DNA of 63,524 nucleotides from Nemertoderma westbladi (GCA_032718475.1 JAUCBJ010001607.1:1-63524), one strand, 5' to 3'. Counted from the first letter of the stretch, positions 10,573 through 22,311 are shown. A program made the numbers and translations. Notes: a model not told the origin generated them from the sequence alone.

Positions 10573-12503
10573 TTCTTTGTATTCAAAATGATCGAATTGC
10601 TAGAAGCTTAAAATTCAACTTCCAGGTTCCTTTCCATTTCTGCAAACCGGCTACTGAATCTGAGTTCAAACATTAGTTGTCTGCCTAAATTATATTTTTG
10701 AGACTGGTGGGGACCCTATAAAGCACCCTAGACAACTTTATTTCATTAATATAAATATTGTATAAAGGGGGGACATAATACTACCTTGTCTAGTTCCATT
10801 AGTAACTGAAAAGGATTGAGACAATAATGCGTTCCAAACGGACGTATATAAATTACTTGATTGAGGTACCAAAACATATTAAGGCGAACAATAAATATTG
10901 GAACACTACTATGGCCAATAAGCTTGCAAAACAGTTTAAAATGATTCACAGGAGAGCCAAAGCTTTGGACGAGTCTAACATACCAGTACGTAAACCCAGG
11001 AATTATATTGAGATAATAGTTAAATACTTCCTTAAAGTATAAATACAGTCCCAAGTTTTGTTTTAAAGCCAAATTAGTTATCTGCGGTATCTAGATGTTT
11101 AAAACAACGTTTTAGAATTATTTTCTCAAAAACTTTACTGAGGATTGTAGACGATGAAATGCCCCGTTAGTTATCCTTACTTGTCAAAAGTCCAACTAGC
11201 CGTCATATCCTTTACGAGAGGTATGATGGTTGATAATATTATAAATATATATTGGTATAAATGATTTTAACAGAGCTATTGAATGTACAAGGTTGACACC
11301 AAAAGCGTGGGTTAAGCGAATTGAATTGCGAATTGGCGTCTATCCCAGGGGCTTCGTCGGTTGGAAGTCCGAGCCTCACAGAATCTATCACTAGATTGTA
11401 TGCAATATTGGTAAAGCCATTACTATTAGCTGCGGTATCTCTCTCATATTATAGCCCTAGCCATGTTACTACCATGTATTAATTGTCCTCATGGTAGGCC
11501 TACTTTTGGGAATAGCCGCCAATCATGATTAACACAACAAGTGTTAAACACTAAACGTACCTACATAATAATTAATTTATTCTTTATCTATCTGTGATTA
11601 AAGATAATCATAAAGATTAAATCGTTACTACAAATAGGTTTGGTTGATGGATAAACTTTTAATCAAAGTTTTATCAATATATTATCCAATCTCCCAGGTT
11701 AAGAAATCGAATCAGCTTACATTTAACAATAATACAGTACATCGCTTCAAAGACCCATAAAACAGTTCCTATAATAGCCGCAAGGAACAACGATATTGTA
11801 CATTCTGACAACAATCCACCTAAAACTTATATCGCGCTTAGCTATAATATTAGCGCTCTGCAATACACAAATTAATATAATATGATTATATTAATTGTAG
11901 TTTTAGTTTAATTGTAATTCACCCGCAACATAAATGAACATAGATATAATTTTGTGTATTTTAAGCCAAGGCAGGACTTATTTTTTAATTAAAGTTTTTT
12001 TTAACAATATTGTCTATTGGAAAAATTATATTTGTTTAAAAATCTTTTTTTTTTCAATTATTATCTTCATGTAATGTTTTAAATGCGTGGTTGGAATACA
12101 ATCACGTTCATTGTTGTGTTCAAAATACTGTCACGAATTACACTACCTTCCTCCTAAACCATCTTTAATAACTCTGTTAGATACTCTACTGGGGTCCTCT
12201 CCTTACAATGGAATGGCAAGATTCTGAGGTAAAATCCATAGGCCTAGCTACAGTACAGTATGTATATAAATTGTCAAAATTCGTGTTCGCTATGCTCTAC
12301 TCAGTTAACCCTAAATCGTTCTCTAATACTAAAGTGGTTATCATATTTACATTATCCATATTATGTATCTCTAATTATTATCCCAATCTGTTAAGACACA
12401 CATAATAAATTAATACGACGTGCCAAAAACTAATCGCGTTTACTTCGAATGCTATTTCAATTTCCGTACTACCAAAACTTTGTTGTAAACTTTAACCTGA
12501 AAT

Positions 12504-14009
12504 ATGAATTTATTAGTTTTATTTTTAACCTGTACTACTACGTTGACGATTACCGCTGAATCTCAGCTTCCTCCCACAATTCTGGACAATTTACCCCAAA
12601 ACCTCAATGATTCGGTGACAGCGATATTAGTAATAAAATCAATAACATTTGTGTCAGATAACGATGTTGCCATGGGTACATTGAATCGCGCCAAACTCAC
12701 CGCTCCTGAGCAATGGGTCAAACTCAATCAGTCTAGACTCCCCGGCGCCGGCTTGGGGGTCTTCGCAACACGACACATCCCTGTGGGCACAGCCTTCGAA
12801 TACGGCGGAGTTCTACAAAACGATTCCAGAAAAGGCAATACTGTCACGTACAGTTGGAATTTAAATCAACGCGGTAATACATCGGTGAAGTTACTACTTT
12901 ATTCCGAAGATTCTAGAACATCGAACTGGCCACGGTATGTGAACGCAGCGAACTATCAGAAAGAGGTAAACATTGCAGCCGAAATCTATAAGGAACACGT
13001 TTACTACGTAACAGTACGAGAGATTGCGAATCAGGAAGAACTGCTGACGTGGTACGGTATGCCTTACGCAAAGTCAAGACCCTCATTCATATTACCGTCT
13101 GGTGAAGATCAGTTCGTACCATTTTTATTACCTCTAGAACAATTGCATGTTATATCAGGTAATTGTAAACGGGACAATGCTTTGAAGGGATGGACCGATG
13201 ATTGCTCTCCGACTAGCTTTACTCTATATGAGTCGTGGTACAGCACACCCCCAAAATTAGGCAATCCTTCTATATATATTCAAAAATATATTTATTTTAG
13301 CAGCGTTCTCTTGAATTTAGTTATCAATGAAACTTTCGTTATAAAAGACTTTCCAACAATACCTGGAATGATAAACCACGCATTCTTAACAACACCCCCT
13401 AGTGTTACAATCCGGAAATCTAGTATACGCAACGCTGGTTTGGGGGTTTTTGCCAATAAAGAGCTTCCTATAGGCACGATGTTTAAATTAATGGGTCGAA
13501 TACAACCGTCTGCGCGAACTAGAGGCCCATATTCGTGGTTCGTCCCGACAAAGGACGGTAGATCCCTGGCTGTCTTCGATTACGAAAACATCCGACACTC
13601 GAACTGGGCGCGGTTCGTTAATTCTGCTAATTTCCAACAGCAGCACAACTTAATTATGTTCGCTAACGTAAACGTTATGTACATGATGACGATAAAACCC
13701 GTCAAGCATGACGACGAGTTACTGACCTGGTACGGGTTCAGGGAGGCCATCAAGTACAACTTCGATGTTGCTAAGGGTGACCCTGTTAATCGAACGATGA
13801 TATTGCCGATGGAACGAGGGGTCGTAAACGATTTGCTTCGGAAGTCTCCCAGAAGAACACTCCAGCAGTTCGTACAACCTCCTTTCAGATACCACGAATG
13901 GCTGACGGCAACCGAAGCCGTTGGTCTTGTAGCAATGGTTGCTGAGGTTGCCAATAACAGCGTTATGAAGGATTACCTCCAGTCGATAGCAGACATACAG
14001 TTAAGCTAA
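12504..14009 (+). CDS. Intronless tandem PR/SET-domain protein (PRDM9/7-like domains, no zinc fingers), predicted signal peptide
   Basis: Two copies of S.(L/I)..AGLGVFA...YSW...SNW.R(Y/F)VN.A...N....ELLTWYG; 501-aa uninterrupted ORF; hydrophobic N-terminus MNLLVLFLTCTTTLTITA|ES. Confidence 0.88.
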   Translation: MNLLVLFLTCTTTLTITAESQLPPTILDNLPQNLNDSVTAILVIKSITFVSDNDVAMGTLNRAKLTAPEQWVKLNQSRLPGAGLGVFATRHIPVGTAFEYGGVLQNDSRKGNTVTYSWNLNQRGNTSVKLLLYSEDSRTSNWPRYVNAANYQKEVNIAAEIYKEHVYYVTVREIANQEELLTWYGMPYAKSRPSFILPSGEDQFVPFLLPLEQLHVISGNCKRDNALKGWTDDCSPTSFTLYESWYSTPPKLGNPSIYIQKYIYFSSVLLNLVINETFVIKDFPTIPGMINHAFLTTPPSVTIRKSSIRNAGLGVFANKELPIGTMFKLMGRIQPSARTRGPYSWFVPTKDGRSLAVFDYENIRHSNWARFVNSANFQQQHNLIMFANVNVMYMMTIKPVKHDDELLTWYGFREAIKYNFDVAKGDPVNRTMILPMERGVVNDLLRKSPRRTLQQFVQPPFRYHEWLTATEAVGLVAMVAEVANNSVMKDYLQSIADIQLS

Positions 14010-15245
14010 GAGTGTAAGAGCTAAGATTTTCATTTCTAGTCACCGCGTCCGCATATTTCATCTGTGAATATTCTCGCTGAATATACTATAAGCACATAAT
14101 AATGCGAATAACCTTGGTCTTAATACTTCATGTATGTTAACACAGTAAGCCAGTTCATTTATTAAGGGAGGTTATTAGACCCGATCTAGTGTAGCCATTG
14201 TCATTTGATCATGATGTTAACAATTGAATAACACGGGGCAGTCTGGGGAAAAGCATGATAAATTATAAATTTTTCGTCTAAACTTTCGATGTGTACAAAG
14301 TTTGGGACCATCCATGCGATGACAGGTTATGTTATAGGTATGTTAAATATATATACTGTACATACATATATACATATACATAATATACATACATTAACAT
14401 ACGTTTTGTTTGGTTTTCTGTGTTTTTGAGCATATTTTTTGTTTGGTATTCTGTTGTTTTTTTCGTTGCAGTGTATTTATTACATTGCAATGTAGGCCCT
14501 AGTCAGTTTCCTATTTGTGTAGGCCCAGGCCTGCCATATAAGATGCGGTTGTTGGCAGAGATTCAGAGTAAAATTCATAACCATTTAGTTTAATATTAAT
14601 ATACAGTAATGTAACAATAATATTACTGTATTATATTAGTCTGAAAATAGTAGAATATAACTACAGTAGAAAGAATAGGACTGTATTTATTCAGTGTGCA
14701 GTATACAGAACCGGTACTGTTTAATAGGATACTATACTAAGTATATCGAGTAAATTATAAGGCGGACAATATTTTATTTTGACCTACTGTATAACTTATT
14801 TATATTATTTTTGTATCATGTAAACTGTACATTTCTCCTCTACTTGTGTTGTGGGTTGGTTGAATTAAGCCTACTACTGGCAGTCGGCCTTCATGTAATT
14901 AAATATACAGTATCTTCGCCAAGCCAAGCAATCAATTAACCCAAGTAAATTTAATTATTGACTTGGAGAATTTGTAACGCATGCTTTGTGCAAAGAAACT
15001 GATTTCAATAAAAAAAATAAAATTAACTTTATAATTAATTTCCGAATAATAAATCGTGCATTATAACGTATATGTATTATACATATGTATTTGTATATAT
15101 ATATATATATATATATGTATATTTCATTTATATTGTATTTATTAATTTATTCCATCTTATTTTTCGTCATAAAACAATAAATTCTGAAGGTTCCGATGGT
15201 TCCAGCTAATTTTTTTTACCGAAAATAAAATTTATTTAACCAAGC

Positions 15246-18200
15246 AAACCAAACACAGGTCAGTTCCTGGTAGTACCAAGTTGTAATGTGTCAAACCAAA
15301 CACAGGTCAGTTCCCGGTAGTACCAAGTTGTAATCTGTCAAACCAAACATCGGTCAGTTCCCGGTAGTACCAAGTTGTAAATGTGTCAAACCAAACACAG
15401 GTCAGTTCCCGGTAGTACCAAGTTGTAATCTGTCAAACCAAACATCGGTCAGTTCCCGGTAGTACCAAGTTGTAATGTATCAGACCAAACACAGGTCAGT
15501 TCCCGGCAGTACCAAGTTGTAAATGTATCAAACCAAACACAGGTCAGTTCCCGGCAGTACCAAGTTGTAAATGTATCAAACCAAACACAGGTCAGTTCCC
15601 GGTAGTACCAAGTTGTAATGTATCAGACCAAACACAGGTCAGTTCCCGGTAGTACCAAGTTGTAAATGTATCATACCAAACACAGGTCAGTTCCCGGTAG
15701 TACCAAGTTGTAATGTATCAAACCAAACACAGGTCAGTTCCCGGTAGTACCAAGTTGTAATGTATGAAACCAAATACAGGTCAGTTCCCGGTAGTACCAA
15801 GTTGTAAATGTATCAAACCAAACACAGGCCAGTTCCCGGTAGTACCAAGTTGTAATGTTCCAAACACAGGTCAGTTCCCGGTAGTACCAAGTTGTAATGT
15901 AACAGACCAAACACAGGTCAGTTCCCGGTCGGTAGTACCAAGTTGTAATGTGTCAAACCAAACATCGGTCAGTTCCCGGTAGTACCAAGTTGTAATGTAT
16001 CAAACCAAACACAGGTCAGTTCCCGGTAGTACCAAGTTGTAATGTATCAGTCCAAACACAGGTCAGTTCCCGGTAGTACCAAGTTGTAATGTATCAGACC
16101 AAACACAGGTCAGTTCCCGGTAGTACCAAGTTGTAATGTACCAAACACAGGTCAGTTCCCGGTAGTACCAAGTTGTAATGTAACAGACCAAACACAGGTC
16201 AGTTCCCGGTCGGTAGTACCAAGTTGTAATGTGTCAAACCAAACATCGGTCAGTTCCCGGTAGTACCAAGTTGTAATGTATCAAACTAAACACAGGTCAG
16301 TTCCCGGTACTACCAAGTTGTAATATATCAAACCAAACACAGGTCAGTTCCCGGTAGTACTAAGTTGTAATGTATCAAACCAAACACAGGTCAGATCCCG
16401 GTAGTACCAAGTTGTAATGTATCAAACCAAACACAGGTCAGTTCCCGGTAGTACCAAGTTGTAATGTATCAGACCAAACACAGGCCAGTTCCCGGTAATA
16501 CCAAGTTGTAATGTGTCAAACCAAACATCGGTCAGGTCCCGGTAGTACCAAGTTGTAAATGTATCAAACCAAACATAGGCCAGTTCCCGGTAGTACCAAG
16601 TTGTAATGTATCAGACCAAACACAGGTCAGTTCCCGGTAGTACCAATTTGTAATGTATCAGACCAAACACAGGCCAGTTCCCGGTAATACCAAGTTGTAA
16701 TGTGTCAAACCAAACATCGGTCAGTTCCCGGTAGTACCAAGTTGTAAATGTATCAAACCAAACACAGGCCAGTTCCCGGTAGTACCAAGTTGTAATGTAT
16801 CAGACCAAACACAGGTCAGTTCCCGGTAGTACCAATTTGTAATGTATCAGACCAAACACAGGCCAGTTCCCGGTAATACCAAGTTGTAATGTGTCAAACC
16901 AAACATCGGTCAGTTCCCGGTAGTACCAAGTTGTAAATGTATCAAGCCAAACACAGGTCAGTTCCCGGTAGTACCAAGTTGTAATGTATCAGACCAAACA
17001 CAGGTCAGTTCCCGGTAGTACCAAGTTGTAAATGTATCAAACCAAACACAGGCTAGTTCCCGGTAGTACCAAGTTGTAAATGTATCAAACCAAACACAGA
17101 TCAGTTCCCGGTAGTACCAAGTTGTAATGTACCAAACCAAACTGAGGTTTGTTCCCGGTAGTACCAAGTTGTAATGTATCAAACCAAACGCAGGTCAGTT
17201 CCCGGTAGTACCAAGTTGTAATGTATCAAACCAAACTCAGGTCAGTTCCCGGTAGTACCAAGTTGTAATGCATCAAACCAAACACAGGTCAGTTCCCGGT
17301 AGTACTAAGTTGTAATGTATCAGACCAAACACAGGTCAGTTCCCGGTAGTGCTAAGTTGTAATGTATCAGACCAAACACAGGTCAGTTCCTGGTAGTACC
17401 AAGTTGTAATGTATCAAACCAAACACAGGTCAGTTCCCGGTAGTACCAAGTTGTAATGTATCAGACCAGACACAGGTCAGTTCCCGGTAGTACCAAGTTG
17501 TAATGTGGCAAACCAAACATCGGTCAGTTCCCGGTAGTACCAAGTTGTAAATGTATCAAACCAAACACAGGTCAGTTCCCGGTAGTACCAAGTTGTAATG
17601 TATCAGACCAAACACATGTCAGTTCCCGGCAGTACTAAGTTGTAATGTATCAGACCAAACACAGGTCAGTTCCCGGTAGTACCAAGTTGTAATATATCAA
17701 ACCAAACACAGGTCAGTTCCCGGTAGTACCAAGTTGTAATGTATCAGTCCAAACACAGGTCAGTTCCCGGTAGTACCAAGTTGTAATGTATCAAACCAAA
17801 CATAGGTCAGTTCCCGGTAGTACCAAGTTGTAAATGTATCAAACCAAACACAGGCCAGTTCCCGGTCGGTAGTACTAAGTTGTAATGTGTCAAACCAAAC
17901 ATAGGTCAGTTCCCGGTAGTACCAAGTTGTAATGTATCAAACCAAACATAGGTCAGTTCCCGGTAGTACCAAGTTGTAAATGTATCAAACCAAACACAGG
18001 CCAGTTCCCGGTCGGTAGTACCAAGTTGTAATGTATCAGACCAAACACATGTCAGTTCCCGGCAGTACTAAGTTGTAATGTATCATACCAAACACAGGTC
18101 AGTTCCCGGTAGTACCAAGTTGTAATGTATCAAACCAAACACAGGTCAGTTCCCGGTCGGTAGTACCAAGTTGTAATGTGTCAAACCAAACATCGGTCAG

Positions 18201-20592
18201 TTCCCGGTAGTACCAAGTTGTAATGTATCAAACCAAACATCGGTCAGTTCCCGGTAGTACCAAGTTGTAATGTATCAAACCAAACACAGGTCAGTTCCCG
18301 GTCGGTAGTACCAAGTTGTAATGTGTCAAACCAAACATCGGTCAGTTCCCGGTAGTACCAAGTTGTAATGTATCAAACCAAACATCGGTCAGTTCCCGGT
18401 AGTACCAAGTTGTAATGTATCAAACCAAACACAGGTCAGTTCCCGGTAGTACCAAGTTGTAATGTATCAAACCAAACATCGGTCAGTTCCCGGTAGTACC
18501 AAGTTGTAAATGTATCAAACCAAACACAGGCCAGTTCCCGGTAGTACCAAGTTGTAAATGAATCAAACCAAACACAGGTCAGTTCCCGGTAGTACCAAGT
18601 TGTAATGTAACAGACCAAACACAGGTCAGTTCCCGGTCGGTAGTACCAAGTTGTAATGTGTCAAACCAAACATCGGTCAGTTCCCGGTAGTACCAAGTTG
18701 TAATGTATCAAACCAAACACAGGTCAGTTCCCGGTAGTACCAAGTTGTAATGTATCAGACCAAACACAGGTCAGTTCCCGGTAGTACCAAGTTGTAATGT
18801 GGCAAACCAAACATCGGTCAGTTCCCGGTAGTACCAAGTTGTAAATGTATCAAACCAAACACAGGTCAGTTCCCGGTAGTACCAAGTTGTAATGTATCAG
18901 ACCAAACACAGGTCAGTTCCCGGCAGTACCAAGTTGTAATGTATCAGACCAAACACAGGTCAGTTCCCGGTAGTACCAAGTTGTAATATATCAAACCAAA
19001 CACAGGTCAGTTCCCGGTAGTACCAAGTTGTAATGTATCAGTCCAAACACAGGTCAGTTCCCGGTAGTACCAAGTTGTAATGTATCAAACCAAACATAGG
19101 TCAGTTCCCGGTAGTACCAAGTTGTAAATGTATCAAACCAAACACAGGCCAGTTCCCGGTCGGTAGTACTAAGTTGTAATGTGTCAAACCAAATATAGGT
19201 CAGTTCCCGGTAGTACCAAGTTGTAATGTATCAAACCAAACATAGGTCAGTTCCCGGTAGTACCAAGTTGTAATGTATCAAACCAAACACAGGCCAGTTC
19301 CCGGCGGTAGTACCAAGTTGTAATGTATCAGACCAAACACATGTCAGTTCCCGGCAGTACTAAGTTGTAATGTATCATACCAAACACAGGTCAGTTCCCG
19401 GTAGTACCAAGTTGTAATGTATCAAACCAAACACAGGTCAGTTCCCGGTCGGTAGTACCAAGTTGTAATGTGTCAGACCAAACACATGTCAGTTCCCGGC
19501 AGTACTAAGTTGTAATGTATCAGACCAAACACAGGCCAGTTCCCGGTAATACCAAGTTGTAATGTGTCAAACCAAACATCGGTCAGTTCCCGGTAGTACC
19601 AAGTTGTAATGTATCATACCAAATACAGGTCAGTTCCCGGTAGTACCAAGTTGTAAATGTATCAAACCAAACACAGGCCAGTTCCCGGTAGTACCAAGTT
19701 GTAAATGTATCAAACCAAACACAGATCAGTTCCCGGTAGTACCAAGTTGTAATGTACCAAACCAAACTGAGGTTTGTTCCCGGTAGTACCAAGTTGTAAT
19801 GTATCAAACCAAACTCAGGTCAGTTCCCGGTAGTACCAAGTTGTAATGTATCAAACCAAACACAGGTCAGTTCCCGGTAGTACTAAGTTGTAATGTATCA
19901 TACCAAACACAGGTCAGTTCCCGGAAGTGCTAAGTTGTAATGTATCAGACCAAACACAGGTCAGTTCCCGGTAGTACCAAGTTGTAATGTATCAAACCAA
20001 ACACAGGTCAGTTCCCGGTAGTACCAAGTTGTAATGTATCAGACCAGACACAGGTCAGTTCCCGGTAGTACCAAGTTGTAATGTGTCAAACCAAACATCG
20101 GTCAGTTCCCGGTGGTACCAAGTTGTAATGTATCAGACCAAACACAGGTCAGTTCCCGGTAGTACTAAGTTGTAATGTATCAGACCAAACACATGTCAGT
20201 TCCCGGCAGTACTAAGTTGTAATGTATCAGACCAAACACAGGTCAGTTCCAGGTAGTACCACGTTGTAATATATCAAACCAAACACAGGTCAGTTCCCGG
20301 TAGTACCAAGTTGTAAATGAATCAAACCAAACACAGGTCAGTTCCCGGTAGTACCAAGTTGTAATGTGTCAAACCAAACACAGGTCAGTTCCCGGTAGTA
20401 CCAAGTTGTAAATGTATCAAACCAAACACAGGTCAGTTCCCGGCAGTACCAAGTTGTAATGTATCAAACCAAACTGAAGTTTGTTCCCGGTAGTACCAAG
20501 TTGTAAATGTATCAAACCAAACACAGGTCAGTTCCCGGTAGTACCAAGTTGTAATGTATCAAACCAAACACAGGACAGTTCCCGGTAGTACT
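15246..20592. repeat. 47-bp satellite array 1 (about 112 units)
   Basis: Consensus AAACCAAACACAGGTCAGTTCCCGGTAGTACCAAGTTGTAATGTATC, with 48-bp (+A) and 51-bp (+GGTC) variants. Confidence 0.98.
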
Positions 20593-21200
20593 ACTGTTAT
20601 TTGTATGTATATGTAATTTCTATGTAATGTATCAGACCAAACACAATTTCCAAGTAATTGTCTCAATATTTCCTTATTATCATCATTTTCATCCTCTTCT
20701 TCACTTTCCTGATCTTCACTATCTTCACCATCTTCCCCACCTTCACTATCTTCATCCTCTTCCTGTTCTTCACTTTCTTCATCCTCTTCCTGTTTTTCTC
20801 TTTCTTCATTCTCTTCCTGACCTTCTCTTTCTTCGTTCTCAACCTCACTCTTTTCAACTTCATCCTGACCCTCACTATTTACATTCTCCATCTCATCGTC
20901 CTCTTCTTCTTCATCTTTCTCACTCAAATTTTCCTCATTTTCTAGGGGTAACTGTTTTTGTATCCCTTTCAAAATATTCATAACTTTATGAAATTTATTT
21001 TCCATTGTCTGTTTTATCTTTAATATATCACGCTCATCTCTCTTTTTCTTTTCATCTTCACTAAAAATATCCTCGGATTTTTTAAATTTTTTTGGTAACG
21101 GCTCCATTAGTTTTTCCTTTCTATGAGTTGTCATATGTCGAGATAGATTGTCTTGTCTCATTTCTTTATTACAAACCAAACAACTTTCATGTCTATGCAT
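20559..21200 (-). CDS. Single C2H2-type zinc finger + basic NLS + acidic-tail protein, copy 1
   Basis: C-x2-C-x11-H-x3-H (CLVCNKEMRQDNLSRHMTTH), PKKFKK/KKKR, E/D-rich tract of about 90 aa; first ATG after a canonical promoter; ORF intact in both cassettes. Confidence 0.75.
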   Translation of the reverse strand: MHRHESCLVCNKEMRQDNLSRHMTTHRKEKLMEPLPKKFKKSEDIFSEDEKKKRDERDILKIKQTMENKFHKVMNILKGIQKQLPLENEENLSEKDEEEEDDEMENVNSEGQDEVEKSEVENEEREGQEENEEREKQEEDEESEEQEEDEDSEGGEDGEDSEDQESEEEDENDDNKEILRQLLGNCVWSDTLHRNYIYIQITVVLPGTVLCLV

Positions 21201-21312
21201 TATATAGCAATGTCAATTGATAGTATCGAATTTTAGCTAAATTATTTTACAAAATTTTAAATAAATAAAACTTTTATGAAAATAAATAAAACTTTTTAAA
21301 ATAAAAATTAGA

Positions 21313-21442
21313 GAATGAATGGGAATGCGGTGAACGGGGGCTATTATAGAGGGAGGCTAGAATGGATTATCCAATCAGAGTGCGAGGGTGAGTTAGGAAG
21401 CCAATCAGGACTCGAGGGAGGAAAGTTAGGCAGCCAATGAGA
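21313..21442 (-). promoter_or_regulatory. Pol II promoter: Inr, TATA, three CCAAT boxes (copy 1)
   Basis: Minus-strand TATAATAG at 21348-21341 and TCATTC Inr about 32 bp downstream (21318-21313). CCAAT(C/G)AG at 21371, 21401 and 21434 (spacing 30/33 bp). No ATG before 21200. Confidence 0.75.
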
Positions 21443-21685
21443 GAGCAGATGCGAGTACAGTGATAAAGCCCATCCATGGTGCGATAACGTCACACTAAAT
21501 CTCAAGGATAGTTATACTCACCATTCAAATATCCCTCGCAAACCAGATTCCCCCAGCATCTAAAGTATTCCACTTCAATGCAAAATATATAGAGCTTTAG
21601 TTGGATTTGAACCTGTGCTTGTAAACTCTTTTGTGCTAGTATATTGAAATTTATTGTCCATGTAATGCAATTTAACTCGGCTATT

Positions 21686-22167
21686 TAGTCTGTGCCTCAG
21701 TGAGGTATAGTCTGTGCCTCAGTGAGGCATAGTCTATGCCTCAGTGCCTCAGTGAGGCATAGTCTATACCTCAGTGCCTCAGTGAGGCATAGTCTGTGCC
21801 TCAGTGATGCATAGTATGTGCCTCAGTGAGGCATAGTCTGTGCCTCAATGCCTCAGTGAGGCATAGTCTGTGCCTAAGTGCATCAGTGAGGCATAGCCTG
21901 TGCCTCAGTGGGGCATAGTATGTGCCTCAGTGCCTCAGTGAGGCATAGTCTGTGCCTCAGTGAGGCATAGTCTGTGCCTCAGTGAGGCATAGTCTGTGCC
22001 TCAGTGAGGCATAGTCTGTGCCTCAGTGAGGCATAGTATGTGCCTCAGTGAGGCATAGTCTGTGCCTCAGTGAGGCATAGTCTGTGCCTCAGGGAGGCAT
22101 AGTCTGAGCCTCAGTGCCTCAGTGAGGCATAGTCTGTGCCTCGTGCCTCAGTGAGGCATAGTCTGTG
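21686..22167. repeat. 22-bp palindromic minisatellite (GTGCCTCAGTGAGGCATAGTCT), copy 1
   Basis: Period 22 with 30-bp variants (+TGCCTCAG); each unit holds TGCCTCA-G-TGAGGCA. Confidence 0.95.
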
Positions 22168-22227
22168 TCAGGTCTTAATTGAGAGCCTTACAAATTCGAA
22201 CGTCAACGAACAAATTCGAAGGTTACT

Positions 22228-22311
22228 GTTCCACCTTGGTGTAGTGGTTGCATTGAATTCACATCTCCCGCATGTCATGGGTTCGATCCCCGCATGAACC
22301 AGGGCAGTTTT
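22228..22311 (+). ncRNA. tRNA-derived Pol III unit / SINE head, copy 1
   Basis: A box TGGTGTAGTGG (22237), B box GGTTCGATCCC (22280), TTTT at 22308. No clean cloverleaf. A diverged homolog lies at 51338-51420. Confidence 0.65.

Noticed and set aside
10746-11072. Short ORFs upstream of the PR/SET gene
   Set aside because: No recognisable motifs; faint LINE-like wording is too weak to call.
15246-15292. Ribozyme (hammerhead) in the satellite monomer
   Set aside because: No CUGANGA/GAAA core on either strand; only a short GGTA-G-TACC palindrome.
20627-20983. Plus-strand His/Leu- or Phe/Ile-rich ORFs and the Lys/Arg-rich alternative frame (also 37883-38239)
   Set aside because: Shadow frames of the low-complexity acidic tract.
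22228-22311. Functional tRNA gene
   Set aside because: A and B boxes are present, but I cannot fold convincing acceptor and anticodon stems; treated as a SINE-like unit.
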